The notes under the pieces are model-generated. The model made no database searches and was not told where the DNA came from. It saw nothing but the letters and a program-made list of their open reading frames with translations. From the NCBI GenBank assembly GCA_038997165.1, contig JAWBAK010000001.1, positions 338,337-402,336 of the forward strand: 64,000 bases of DNA, given 5' to 3'. Of this stretch, positions 52,128 to 61,007 are shown one piece after another. Origin of the DNA: Candidatus Aenigmatarchaeota archaeon (GTDB taxonomy: Archaea; Aenigmatarchaeota; Aenigmatarchaeia; CG10238-14; SpSt-28). Made by a program: the position numbers and the translations under genes. Numbering within the stretch: the stretch's first letter is position 1; each line of letters starts with the position of its first letter.

Positions 52128-53213
52128 TTAAAAATACTTTAAATATTCAATTAATCTTCTTTTTTCTTTCTTTATATCTAAATAATTTTCGAAAATTTCA
52201 TTTTTAATTATATCAAAACATTCTTGTAAAACTTCTAAAAATTCTCTACCTTCTCTTATTGTGACAAATCTATTCTTATAATCACTAAAGATTAAATGAA
52301 CAGTATAAATATCTCTATGTTTTTCTATATGTAATTTCAAAAATCCTCGATTAAATATTTTTCTTATTTTTTTAATAAAATTCTTTATATAGAAGTCAAC
52401 GTAATCAGAATAATATTTCTTTATATTCTCTTTTCCAATAATTATTACATTTATTTTTTCTTTTCTCTCTTTTATTAAAACTTTTAATAAATCTTTTTTA
52501 GTTATTATTCCTTGTAAATTTTCATTAACAACACAAGAAATTTTATAATAAAACATTTTTTTAATTATATTAGAAATTTTTTCATCACTAGAATATGTTA
52601 TAACATTTTTAGTTGCAATTGATATTATAGGATTTTCAAAGATTTTAAATTTTTTTCCTATTAGTTCTCCTAATGTTGTCTTTTCTTTAAATTCCTTTAG
52701 AATAAAATCTGTTATATCTTTAGATGAAACTATTCCAGCAAGTTTTTTATTTTCTATTAATGGAATATGAGAAATATTATATTTTGCCATATATTTTATC
52801 GCTTTATAAATTGGTTCTTTCGATTGTAAAATAATTATATTTTTTGTTTCAATCTCTTCTGCTTTAACATTTCCAAATTTTTCTTTTATTATTTCTAAAA
52901 GCGAATCGATCTTAATAATTCCTTTAACTTTATTTTCTTTGTCTAATAATGCAGCTAAATAACAATCATTTTCTATCATTCTTTTAGCAATTTCAATTTC
53001 ATTAATTTCATAAACTTTACAATCTCTCTTTTTAACTTTTTTCAATTTTTCTTTTAAATTTTTTTCAGTAATTAAATCTCTTAGTCTTACTATTCCTTTA
53101 TATTTATTTTCTTCATCTGTAACTACTATTTCTCTTAGATCTAGATCTTTAATCAATTTTAAAGCTTCTCCTATTGTCTTATTTTCATCTATTGTAATTG
53201 CTTCTGAAATCAT
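52128..53213 (-). CDS. CBS-domain protein with putative C-terminal HPF/RaiA-like domain
   Basis: Four CBS-like repeats plus a ~110-aa C-terminal alpha/beta extension. Confidence 0.75.
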   Translation of the reverse strand: MISEAITIDENKTIGEALKLIKDLDLREIVVTDEENKYKGIVRLRDLITEKNLKEKLKKVKKRDCKVYEINEIEIAKRMIENDCYLAALLDKENKVKGIIKIDSLLEIIKEKFGNVKAEEIETKNIIILQSKEPIYKAIKYMAKYNISHIPLIENKKLAGIVSSKDITDFILKEFKEKTTLGELIGKKFKIFENPIISIATKNVITYSSDEKISNIIKKMFYYKISCVVNENLQGIITKKDLLKVLIKERKEKINVIIIGKENIKKYYSDYVDFYIKNFIKKIRKIFNRGFLKLHIEKHRDIYTVHLIFSDYKNRFVTIREGREFLEVLQECFDIIKNEIFENYLDIKKEKRRLIEYLKYF

Positions 53214-53335
53214 CTTGCCCTTACTCTTATAATTTTTGAAGGTCTAATTTTTTCAAAAATTCTACCACCACAATTTAAACAAACTAATCTATCTAATTTA
53301 TCATAAACTCTTTTGCAATTAATACATCTGTACAT
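53210..53335 (-). CDS. rpoP: RNA polymerase subunit P (Rpo12), 41 aa
   Basis: MYRCINCKR...CLNCGGRIFEKIRP; downstream of rpl37ae; missing from the ORF track. Confidence 0.88.
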   Translation of the reverse strand: MYRCINCKRVYDKLDRLVCLNCGGRIFEKIRPSKIIRVRAR

Positions 53336-53336
53336 A

Positions 53337-53561
53337 TTATTTAATTTTTACTCCAGGAGGTAAATATGCTGAAGATGCTACTTTTTTATTACATTTTTTG
53401 CAATACCATATACCTGTTGAAATTCTTTTTAACTTTTTAAAACCACAACTTGGACATTTATGGAATTTTCTTTGAATAATTTCTATTTCATCGATTTTTT
53501 CTCTTAATTTCATTCCATATCTTGCACCAAATCTTCCACTAGGTCCAACTTTTCTTACCAT
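53337..53561 (-). CDS. rpl37ae: 50S ribosomal protein L37Ae (eL43)
   Basis: GRFGARYG, CPSC, GIWYCKKC. Confidence 0.95.
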   Translation of the reverse strand: MVRKVGPSGRFGARYGMKLREKIDEIEIIQRKFHKCPSCGFKKLKRISTGIWYCKKCNKKVASSAYLPPGVKIK

Positions 53562-53747
53562 AGAGAATATATATTTTAATAAAAATTAATATATTTTTGA
53601 GTTATCATTTTGAGTTGTTTGTAGAAGAACTACGTCATCATTTTTATTTAAATCAATTACTTAAAAATGTTAGAACTCCTAATTTTAACTTTAAAAAATT
53701 TCAAAATTCTATTTTTAGTGTTGAATTGCTAGCGATTTATAAATTGA

Positions 53748-53874
53748 TGCGGGGGGTGGGATTTGAACCCACGACGGCTCTACGCCATCGGGTTTCTTAT
53801 CATTTATTCAAAGCTTAAGATTTTATATCTTTATCTTAAGCCCGACGCCCTTGGCCAGGCTAGGCGACCCCCGC
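53748..53874 (-). tRNA. tRNA-Leu (TAA) with 41-nt intron (53794-53834)
   Basis: TCGGG-CT-TAA-G|intron|A-CCCGA; long variable arm; CUUA/UAAG splice helix. Confidence 0.92.
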
Positions 53875-53917
53875 TTATAATTTAAATTACATCAAATTAA
53901 TTTAAATTAATTTAATT

Positions 53918-55327
53918 TTAAGCTTGATCTTGAATATACTTTTCTCCTCTTTTTAATTTTTCAAAAGCTTTTGTTATTTCTTTTCCTAAATATAAGGCAT
54001 GATCATATAAACTAAAAAAACTTCCGCCTTTTAAGGAATTGTATATTTCCCAAAAATCTTTACTTTCGATTTTAAAATCTATTAAAGAATTATCTGGGGT
54101 TCTATGTTCTAAAACTATTTTATCATTCTCTTGATAAATTAAAAATAAACCTTTTGGATCTTCTACAAATTCTTTCATTTTAAATGAATATTTGTTCAAT
54201 ATTTCTCTTACTAAATTCCAATCATGTTTATAAATATGTGCACTTGTAGAAATTGTTGTTATTGTTCCAATTTCAAAATTTGATTTAGTTTCTTTATTTA
54301 TTTCATTAACGATATATTCTGCTAATTTTATTTGTGCTACAATATTTACTGGCCACGCTTTAACCATATCATTACTTCTAATCCAAACAGTATGATTATA
54401 ATAATTTTCTGTTATTATTCCTTGAATACCTATTATGCATGGTGGATTTGAAGAATTTTGATCTATTAAATGATCCCAAGAAATAATTAAAGCTCTTCTT
54501 GAATAAGGAGCTTTAGATAATTTATCAATTAAATATTTAACTTGATTTTTTCCAAATCTATGTTCAAAAATTCTTTCTCCATATGTATATTCTACACTTT
54601 CTAATTTTTTTGGATATAGAACTTCATTAATGTGCCTTTCAAAATCTTCTCTTTTCAAAAATTCAAAAAATTCTTCTTCAATTTTATATTCTTTACCATA
54701 TAGACCTATAGTAATCATTAAATTTAAAAATTCTTTTTGTGGTTCTTCGTATTCTGAAAATTTTATACTTCCAAATTTCATTATTAAATCTAAAATTTTT
54801 ATCCATGCTCTAAAAATACTTGTATCATATATAAAGCTACCGCTTAATGGAATTGGCCAAGAAGTTAATTCTACTTTTTCTTCAACTATTATATCAATTT
54901 TTTCTCTAACTTTTTTTGCATTTATTTTAAAATTTTTTTCTATTTCTTCTTCGAGTTTTTTAATATTATTTCTTTTAAATTCTTCTCTTAAATCAATAAT
55001 TTTAACTGTATTTAAAATATTTTCAATTTTATTTATTGGAAAAACTATTTTATAATCTTTAAAATTTTTGTTTTTAAAAACATCGATTAAAGCTTTTCCA
55101 CTCAAAGATAAATCAGCACCGTAAATTATTAAAGTATCTATTTTTGGAAATTGTGCTAATGTTTCTAAAATAAAATTAATTCCGTAAGTTGTATAAGTAG
55201 TTCCAATAATTCCAATTTTACTTCTTATTTTCTCTTGTAGTTGATTTAAAATTATTTCTTTTTTTGACCATAGAGTTGATATAGCAATATTACTATTTTC
55301 ATTTAAGATTATTATATCTTTTTTCAT
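53918..55327 (-). CDS. Thymidylate synthase-like protein with MtrA-like N-terminal and DUF4346-like C-terminal domains
   Basis: YTYGER, SRRA, PPC, RSND, SAHIY; C-terminal DPKG...HALYLGKE. Confidence 0.75.
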   Translation of the reverse strand: MKKDIIILNENSNIAISTLWSKKEIILNQLQEKIRSKIGIIGTTYTTYGINFILETLAQFPKIDTLIIYGADLSLSGKALIDVFKNKNFKDYKIVFPINKIENILNTVKIIDLREEFKRNNIKKLEEEIEKNFKINAKKVREKIDIIVEEKVELTSWPIPLSGSFIYDTSIFRAWIKILDLIMKFGSIKFSEYEEPQKEFLNLMITIGLYGKEYKIEEEFFEFLKREDFERHINEVLYPKKLESVEYTYGERIFEHRFGKNQVKYLIDKLSKAPYSRRALIISWDHLIDQNSSNPPCIIGIQGIITENYYNHTVWIRSNDMVKAWPVNIVAQIKLAEYIVNEINKETKSNFEIGTITTISTSAHIYKHDWNLVREILNKYSFKMKEFVEDPKGLFLIYQENDKIVLEHRTPDNSLIDFKIESKDFWEIYNSLKGGSFFSLYDHALYLGKEITKAFEKLKRGEKYIQDQA

Positions 55328-55363
55328 ATGTTTTTATTTGTTTGAATTAATAAATAGTTATAA

Positions 55364-56515
55364 ATGATTGAAATTGCATTAGTCGGAAAGCCAAACTCTG
55401 GAAAATCTACATTTTTTAAAGCAGCAACTCTAATGGATGTTAAAATTTCAAATATTCCTTTTACAACATTAAAACCAAACAAAGGAATTGCTTACGTATC
55501 AACTCAATGTGTTTGTAAAGAATTTAACGTTAAGTGTAATCCACAAGATGGATTTTGCATAGATGGATTAAGATTTGTTCCAATAGTTCTTTGGGATGTT
55601 CCAGGATTAATTCCAGAAGCTCATAAAGGAAAAGGTTTAGGAATAGAATTTTTATCAGCTATAAATCATGTAGATGGAATTGTTTATATAATTGATATAA
55701 GTGGTAAAACTGATTTAGAAGGAAAAGAGATAGAATTTTTAAATCCAATAGAAGAAGTAAAATTTCTTATAAATGAATTGGTTCAATGGTATAAACAAAA
55801 TATACAAAAACACATTCCTAAATTTTTTAAAGATAAAAAAGAATTAATAGATGTTTTATCTCAAAAACTTAGTGGATTAAAAATTAAAAGGGAACATTTA
55901 GAAAAACATATTGATAAAATAGATGATTTAAATAATTTTTCTAAAGCGCTTTTGTTTGAAAGTAAAAAAATGATTATTGCTGCAAATAAAATTGATGAAA
56001 AAAATTCTGAAAAAAATTTAAAAGAATTAAAAGAATTTTTAGAGAAAGAAAATATTAATATAAAAGTTGTTGAATGTAGTGCATTAAGTGAATTAATTTT
56101 AAGGACTTTAGATCAAAAAGGAATAATAAAATACAATTTTAAAGATTTTGAAATTTTAAAGAAAAATGAATTAAGTAATGAACAAATAAACGCATTAGAA
56201 AAAATTAGAGAATTGTTAAAAAAATATAATGGAAGTTTTATATTGAATGTTTTAAATACTTTAGTTTTTGATGTTATGCAATATAAAGTTGTTTTTCCTG
56301 TTGAAAATGAAAATAAATTAAGCGATAAAAAGGGAAATATTTTACCAAATGCAATTTTATTAGAAAAGGATGCAAAAACAATAGATTTAGCAGAAAAAAT
56401 TCATTCTGAAATAGCTAAAAATTTCTTATATGCAATAGAGGTTAAAAGTAGAAAAAGATTAGGTAAAGATTATATTTTAAATCATAGAGATATAATAAAA
56501 ATATATCATGCATAG
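55364..56515 (+). CDS. ychF: YchF/OBG family P-loop NTPase
   Basis: GKPNSGKST, PFTT, DVPGL, ANKID, TGS domain. Confidence 0.88.
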   Translation: MIEIALVGKPNSGKSTFFKAATLMDVKISNIPFTTLKPNKGIAYVSTQCVCKEFNVKCNPQDGFCIDGLRFVPIVLWDVPGLIPEAHKGKGLGIEFLSAINHVDGIVYIIDISGKTDLEGKEIEFLNPIEEVKFLINELVQWYKQNIQKHIPKFFKDKKELIDVLSQKLSGLKIKREHLEKHIDKIDDLNNFSKALLFESKKMIIAANKIDEKNSEKNLKELKEFLEKENINIKVVECSALSELILRTLDQKGIIKYNFKDFEILKKNELSNEQINALEKIRELLKKYNGSFILNVLNTLVFDVMQYKVVFPVENENKLSDKKGNILPNAILLEKDAKTIDLAEKIHSEIAKNFLYAIEVKSRKRLGKDYILNHRDIIKIYHA

Positions 56516-56564
56516 TCAGAAGTACTCCTTTTCATCATTATTCAGATGCGGCGGCATTCTTCAT
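56516..56564 (-). ncRNA. Box C/D sRNA
   Basis: ATGAAGA-ATGCCGCCGCAT-CTGA-ATA-ATGATGA-AAAGGAGTACTT-CTGA. Confidence 0.88.
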
Positions 56565-56598
56565 AAAGTAATTTAAATAATTTTTATAAATTTTTTAA

Positions 56599-57879
56599 TC
56601 AAATTAAATGTGTTGGAAGCTTTTTTATAAGTCCGTTATCATATAATAATTTTAAATATTTACCTTCAAGAAGTTCGTTCAACACATCTTTTTGCTCTTT
56701 TCCTTCTTTTACTTCTCTTTTAATATAATCTAAAGTAAGCTTTAAAGATCTAAGAATATCTGTACTATTTATTTTTTCTTTTTCACAGAGACTTAAAAGA
56801 TCTTCATTTAAAAGTCTTTCTATTTCTTTACTTGTTAGATCACCTCCCAAAAAATGTATTTTAATTATTTTTTGAAATATTAGATCTATACTTATTGCAC
56901 TTTTAGAAAATAATAAACTATTAACAATATATTCAGTCAAGTTTTTAATCAATTTTGTTTTTGGTTTTATTCTACCGGAAATTACTAAGGGAGAAAAGGC
57001 TGCTAAAGTTAGTAAATCTTTTTCTTCTTTTGATAAAGAGTTTTCTCCATAAGCAAGTACAATTGGTTCAGCATGAAAACATAAGGGTCCTTTCATTATT
57101 TGTTCTCCATCTTTTATTATAATAAATCCTTTTATTTCATTACAAAAAAGAAAGCAAGAATATTTATCTTTTTTATCTTCTTTATAAATGGAAATTGAAA
57201 CTGAAGGATAATAATAATGAAGGTATTTTTTCATTTCCTCTTTATGTTTTAGTACGTCATCCAATATAAGATAGCTATTTTGAGAAAGTAGATATTCTAT
57301 TTTTTCCTTCAAAATAGAATAATGAAACCACAAAACAAAATTTTTAATATTAGAAATACCATATATTTGAGCGATTTGAATTAGAAATTGTGGAAAAAGA
57401 GATAAAAAAAATATATTTTGAGAAATAAGTTCACCTATTTCTTTTATTTTTTCTTCTCCTATTTTTTCTTCTAATTCTAATCTTTTTGCTTCGAGATATT
57501 CTCTCATTTTTTTTTAATTTTTCTCTACTTTTCTCATCAATTTCTATTATGTTTTCCCTTATTTTATTTCTTATTGAAGATGTTAGCTCTTCCAATTCTT
57601 CTTGAATAGGTTTGCAAACTCTCATAAAAATTTCATAAGATACTAATGCGCTTGCAAAATCACTAGTATCACATTTGGACGAAATAATAATTTCATTTGT
57701 TGGTACATAATAAAAACTACTGGGGGGGGGGGGAATTTTGCCAATATAATATTAAGATTTATCCTTTCCCAATCAATATTTAATGAAAGATTTTCTTTTA
57801 TTCTATAAAGTTCTTTTTCAAATCGATTTATAATTTCTTTGGAATTTTGAAAGTTATTGTATTCATTATGTTTATTCAT
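56599..57879 (-). pseudogene. Hypothetical ~426-aa gene split into three ORFs by frameshifts at C12 (57722-57733) and A9 (57507-57515)
   Basis: C13 plus A8 joins ORFs 57879, 57625 and 57507 into one open frame. Confidence 0.7.
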
Positions 57880-57942
57880 AATTTGTATAAGGATAGATTA
57901 TTAAAATAAGTATTAGAAGTATCAAAGAACTATTTTTATTAT

Positions 57943-58082
57943 GCCGGGGTCGCCTAGCGGAAATGGCGCCGGCCTCGAGTTAAATGATAAGCTCTGGGGT
58001 AGCTGAAAGATAATGATGATTTTGTTATAAGAGAAAGCCGGTGGGCTCTAAGCCCGCGTGGGTTCAAATCCCACCCCCGGCG
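57943..58082 (+). tRNA. tRNA-Ser (CGA) with 56-nt intron (57980-58035)
   Basis: CCGGC-CT-CGA-G|intron|A-GCCGG; long variable arm. Confidence 0.92.
57984..58032 (+). ncRNA. Intron-encoded box C/D sRNA
   Basis: ATGATAA-GCTCTGGGGTAG-CTGA-AAGATA-ATGATGA-TTTTGTTAT-AAGA. Confidence 0.75.
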
Positions 58083-58198
58083 AAATTTTATTTTAGATTA
58101 ATATTAGAAAAATTATTTAATTCATTTGATTTAAATGTTTAAAATTTAGTTTTAATTTTCTTTAAAAATAATCGATTTAAAAGAAATCAAAAAATGTT

Positions 58199-59176
58199 TT
58201 AAAGTTTCTCTATAATATTATCTTTAACTCTAAAAACTTTTCCTAAGAATTTTTCTATAGTATAAATATTTGTGAGCGTATGATTTGTAATTTCTTCAAC
58301 TTTTACTATAGACTTTTCTTCACATAATGCCAAATAAATTAAAATTTGATCTGCCATATACTTATCTAAGCACGCATTAGAATTTTCAGCATTTTTTAAA
58401 TTGTTAATAGCAATCTTTGAATTTTCTAAACTATCGCTTCCTAAAACGCAATTTTCATAATAAGATGCAATAGTAACAGAAAAACCTTTACTTAATGTTT
58501 TTTCATTTCTTACATATAGTTCAACTTCTTTTAATTCGTTTTTTATGATTTCAGTTTCTTCCCTTATTCTTTTTTCATTTTCAAATGCAGATATTCTTGC
58601 TACATACTTTATAAAATTCTTTCTTTCAATCATTTCTACACCATTTAATTTTTTTATTGGGTAAATTTCTATTTCAACTATTCCTCCACCTTTTGGATAA
58701 AACCCATGTCTTACTATATTAATTTCTGGTTTTTCTATGCCTAAAAATTTTAAGTTTTCGAATTTAACTAAATCTATATAATCTATTGTTGGTGCATGTA
58801 ATACACATGTACCACCAATTATTCTTAGTTTAACTTTTTTATTTGATAAAAAAGCTATTATTGGATATATAGTTTGCAAAAATAGAGAAATGCTACCAGC
58901 AGTTCCAATATTAATTTCTTCAAAATTTGGAATATTTTCTTCTTTCGGAATAAATTCGACTTCAGTACTTCCAATAAATAATCCTTTAACTTCCGCATTT
59001 AATAATTTAGCTGCAAATTTTGCTCCAGCCAAGTGCTGAGCTTTCAATCCTGGTTGTGGTCTATTTTTTCTAATATTATAAATTCTAAAAGGTTTTTTAA
59101 GAATGCAAGATAAAGCTATTGAAGTTCTTAAAATTTGACCACCACCTTCTAAATAGCTACCATCGATTTCGATCAT
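58199..59176 (-). CDS. rtcA: RNA 3'-terminal phosphate cyclase
   Basis: DGSYLEGGGQILR, GFYPKGGG, TNHTLTN. Confidence 0.95.
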   Translation of the reverse strand: MIEIDGSYLEGGGQILRTSIALSCILKKPFRIYNIRKNRPQPGLKAQHLAGAKFAAKLLNAEVKGLFIGSTEVEFIPKEENIPNFEEINIGTAGSISLFLQTIYPIIAFLSNKKVKLRIIGGTCVLHAPTIDYIDLVKFENLKFLGIEKPEINIVRHGFYPKGGGIVEIEIYPIKKLNGVEMIERKNFIKYVARISAFENEKRIREETEIIKNELKEVELYVRNEKTLSKGFSVTIASYYENCVLGSDSLENSKIAINNLKNAENSNACLDKYMADQILIYLALCEEKSIVKVEEITNHTLTNIYTIEKFLGKVFRVKDNIIEKL

Positions 59177-59201
59177 AAAATAATTTTGATTTTTTAAAAA
59201 A

Positions 59202-59272
59202 TGGGTCCGCCCGGAGTCGAACCGGGATCTCCGCCTCGTAAGGGCGGCGTCCTACCGCTAGACTACGGACCC
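59202..59272 (-). tRNA. tRNA-Val (TAC)
   Basis: CCGCC-CT-TAC-GA-GGCGG; cloverleaf. Confidence 0.95.
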
Positions 59273-59322
59273 ATAAATTTATAAAAAAGATTAAAGTTAA
59301 ATTCATCTTTATACAATATTGT

Positions 59323-59421
59323 TGGGGCCGCTGGGATTTGAACCCAGGTTAACGGGTTTCCTCATTTTATCGGTGCTCCATTTCTGGAGCCCGCCGTCCT
59401 ACCTGGCTAGACTACGGCCCC
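59323..59421 (-). tRNA. tRNA-Trp (CCA) with 26-nt intron (59358-59383)
   Basis: GCGGG-CT-CCA-G|intron|A-CCCGT. Confidence 0.92.
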
Positions 59422-59460
59422 AATAATAAAAAATTTTTATATTTTTCGATATTAATTTAT

Positions 59461-59859
59461 ATGGCAGAATTTAGATTAAGAGGATATACATTAGAAGAAT
59501 TGGAAAAGATGAGTATAGAAGATCTTGCAAAAAAAGTATTTGATTCTAGAACTAGAAGAAAAATTCTAAAAAGAGGATTTACTGAACAAGAAAAAAAGTT
59601 TTTGGAAAAAATTAAAGAAATAAAACAAAAGAATCCAAATAAATTTATAAAAACACATTTAAGACAAATGGTAATTTTACCTATAATGGTTGGATTAACA
59701 ATTGGAGTTCATAACGGAAAAGAATTTGTGCCAGTGAAGATTAAACCAGAAATGATAGGCAGAAGATTGGGCGAGTTTTCAATTCCTATAAAAGAGGTAA
59801 AACATGGTGGTCCAGGAATTGGAGCTACTAGAGGAACTAAATTCTTATCTGTTAAATGA
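59461..59859 (+). CDS. rps19: 30S ribosomal protein S19 (uS19)
   Basis: [22 protein letters not shown]. Confidence 0.95.
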   Translation: MAEFRLRGYTLEELEKMSIEDLAKKVFDSRTRRKILKRGFTEQEKKFLEKIKEIKQKNPNKFIKTHLRQMVILPIMVGLTIGVHNGKEFVPVKIKPEMIGRRLGEFSIPIKEVKHGGPGIGATRGTKFLSVK

Positions 59860-60209
59860 TTGCTTCAGCATATATTAAAAATCTTAGAATTTCTACTAAG
59901 CATGCAACATACATATCTAAAATTATTAGAGGCAAAAATGCGTTAAAAGCAAAAAAATTTTTAGAATTAGTTGCTAAGCAAAAATTAACTTTAGATGGTA
60001 AAAAGTATTATTTAAAGGCTACTAAAGCTATACTTAAAGCTTTAGAAAGCGCATTAGCTAATGCAAAGCAAAAAGGTTTAGATGAAAATAAATTAAAAAT
60101 AAAAATAATAGAAGCTCATAAAGGTTTTAAATTGAGAACTCCAAAAAGATGGAAATTTAGAGGTAGAGAAAAGAAAAATACACATATTAAAATTGTCTTA
60201 TCATATTGA
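59856..60209 (+). CDS. rpl22: 50S ribosomal protein L22 (uL22), short form
   Basis: [24 protein letters not shown]; operon position. Confidence 0.9.
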   Translation: MIASAYIKNLRISTKHATYISKIIRGKNALKAKKFLELVAKQKLTLDGKKYYLKATKAILKALESALANAKQKGLDENKLKIKIIEAHKGFKLRTPKRWKFRGREKKNTHIKIVLSY

Positions 60210-60210
60210 T

Positions 60211-60798
60211 ATGGGAGCAACAGAGAAAAAAATAATAGCTCAAAAAATTATTGAAGTTGAATTAGAAGATTATTTAAAAAGCATATTTGAAAGAGCTGAA
60301 TATAGCAATTTAAAAGTAGAGAAAACCCCAATATTAACTAGAATAATAGTTTTTGTAGGAAAACCTGCTATAGCAATTGCTAAATTAAGGAAAAGAGAAG
60401 AGGAAATAAAAGAGATACTTATAAAAAAATATAATATTTTAAATCCACAAATTGTAATTCAAGAAGTTCAAAATCCATATTTAGATGCAAGAATAGTTGC
60501 ATATAGAATAAAAAGAGCTATAGAAAGGGGTATAAATTTTAAAAAAGCAGCTTTATTTTATATAGAGAAGTGTATGGAAAGTGGTGCTACTGGAATAGAA
60601 GTTAGAATCTCTGGAAAATTATTAGGTAAAGAAAGAAGTGCAGCTTACAAATTTAGTAAAGGATATATTTTACATACAGGATTTTTAAAGGAAGTTTATG
60701 TTGATGAAGCACTACAACAAGCAATAATACCTGTTGGTATTGTAGGAATAAGAGTTCGAATATTAAAATATTTACCACAAATAATTTCTGCAAAATAA
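60211..60798 (+). CDS. rps3: 30S ribosomal protein S3 (uS3)
   Basis: NPYLDARIVA, GIEVRISGKL, GIVGIRVRI. Confidence 0.92.
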   Translation: MGATEKKIIAQKIIEVELEDYLKSIFERAEYSNLKVEKTPILTRIIVFVGKPAIAIAKLRKREEEIKEILIKKYNILNPQIVIQEVQNPYLDARIVAYRIKRAIERGINFKKAALFYIEKCMESGATGIEVRISGKLLGKERSAAYKFSKGYILHTGFLKEVYVDEALQQAIIPVGIVGIRVRILKYLPQIISAK

Positions 60799-61007
60799 TG
60801 GCAATTTTAAAAATTAAAGATATAAGAAATATGAAAACTGAAGAATTATTAGAAAAATTAAAAAATTATAAGGAAGAACTTAGAAAATTAAAGATGCAGA
60901 CAGAAATGAAAAGGCCTATAAAAAATACAAGTAGAATAAGAGAACTAAGAAAAACTATTGCAAGAATTCTTACAGTTTTGAAAGAAAGAAATATAAAAAT
61001 TAAATGA
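60798..61007 (+). CDS. rpl29: 50S ribosomal protein L29 (uL29)
   Basis: IRELRKTIARILT. Confidence 0.95.
   Translation: MAILKIKDIRNMKTEELLEKLKNYKEELRKLKMQTEMKRPIKNTSRIRELRKTIARILTVLKERNIKIK

Noticed and set aside
53597..53818. 73-aa ORF and a possible C/D sRNA near 53600-53645
   Set aside because: ORF overlaps tRNA-Leu; C-like boxes are present on the minus strand but there is no D-like box at proper spacing
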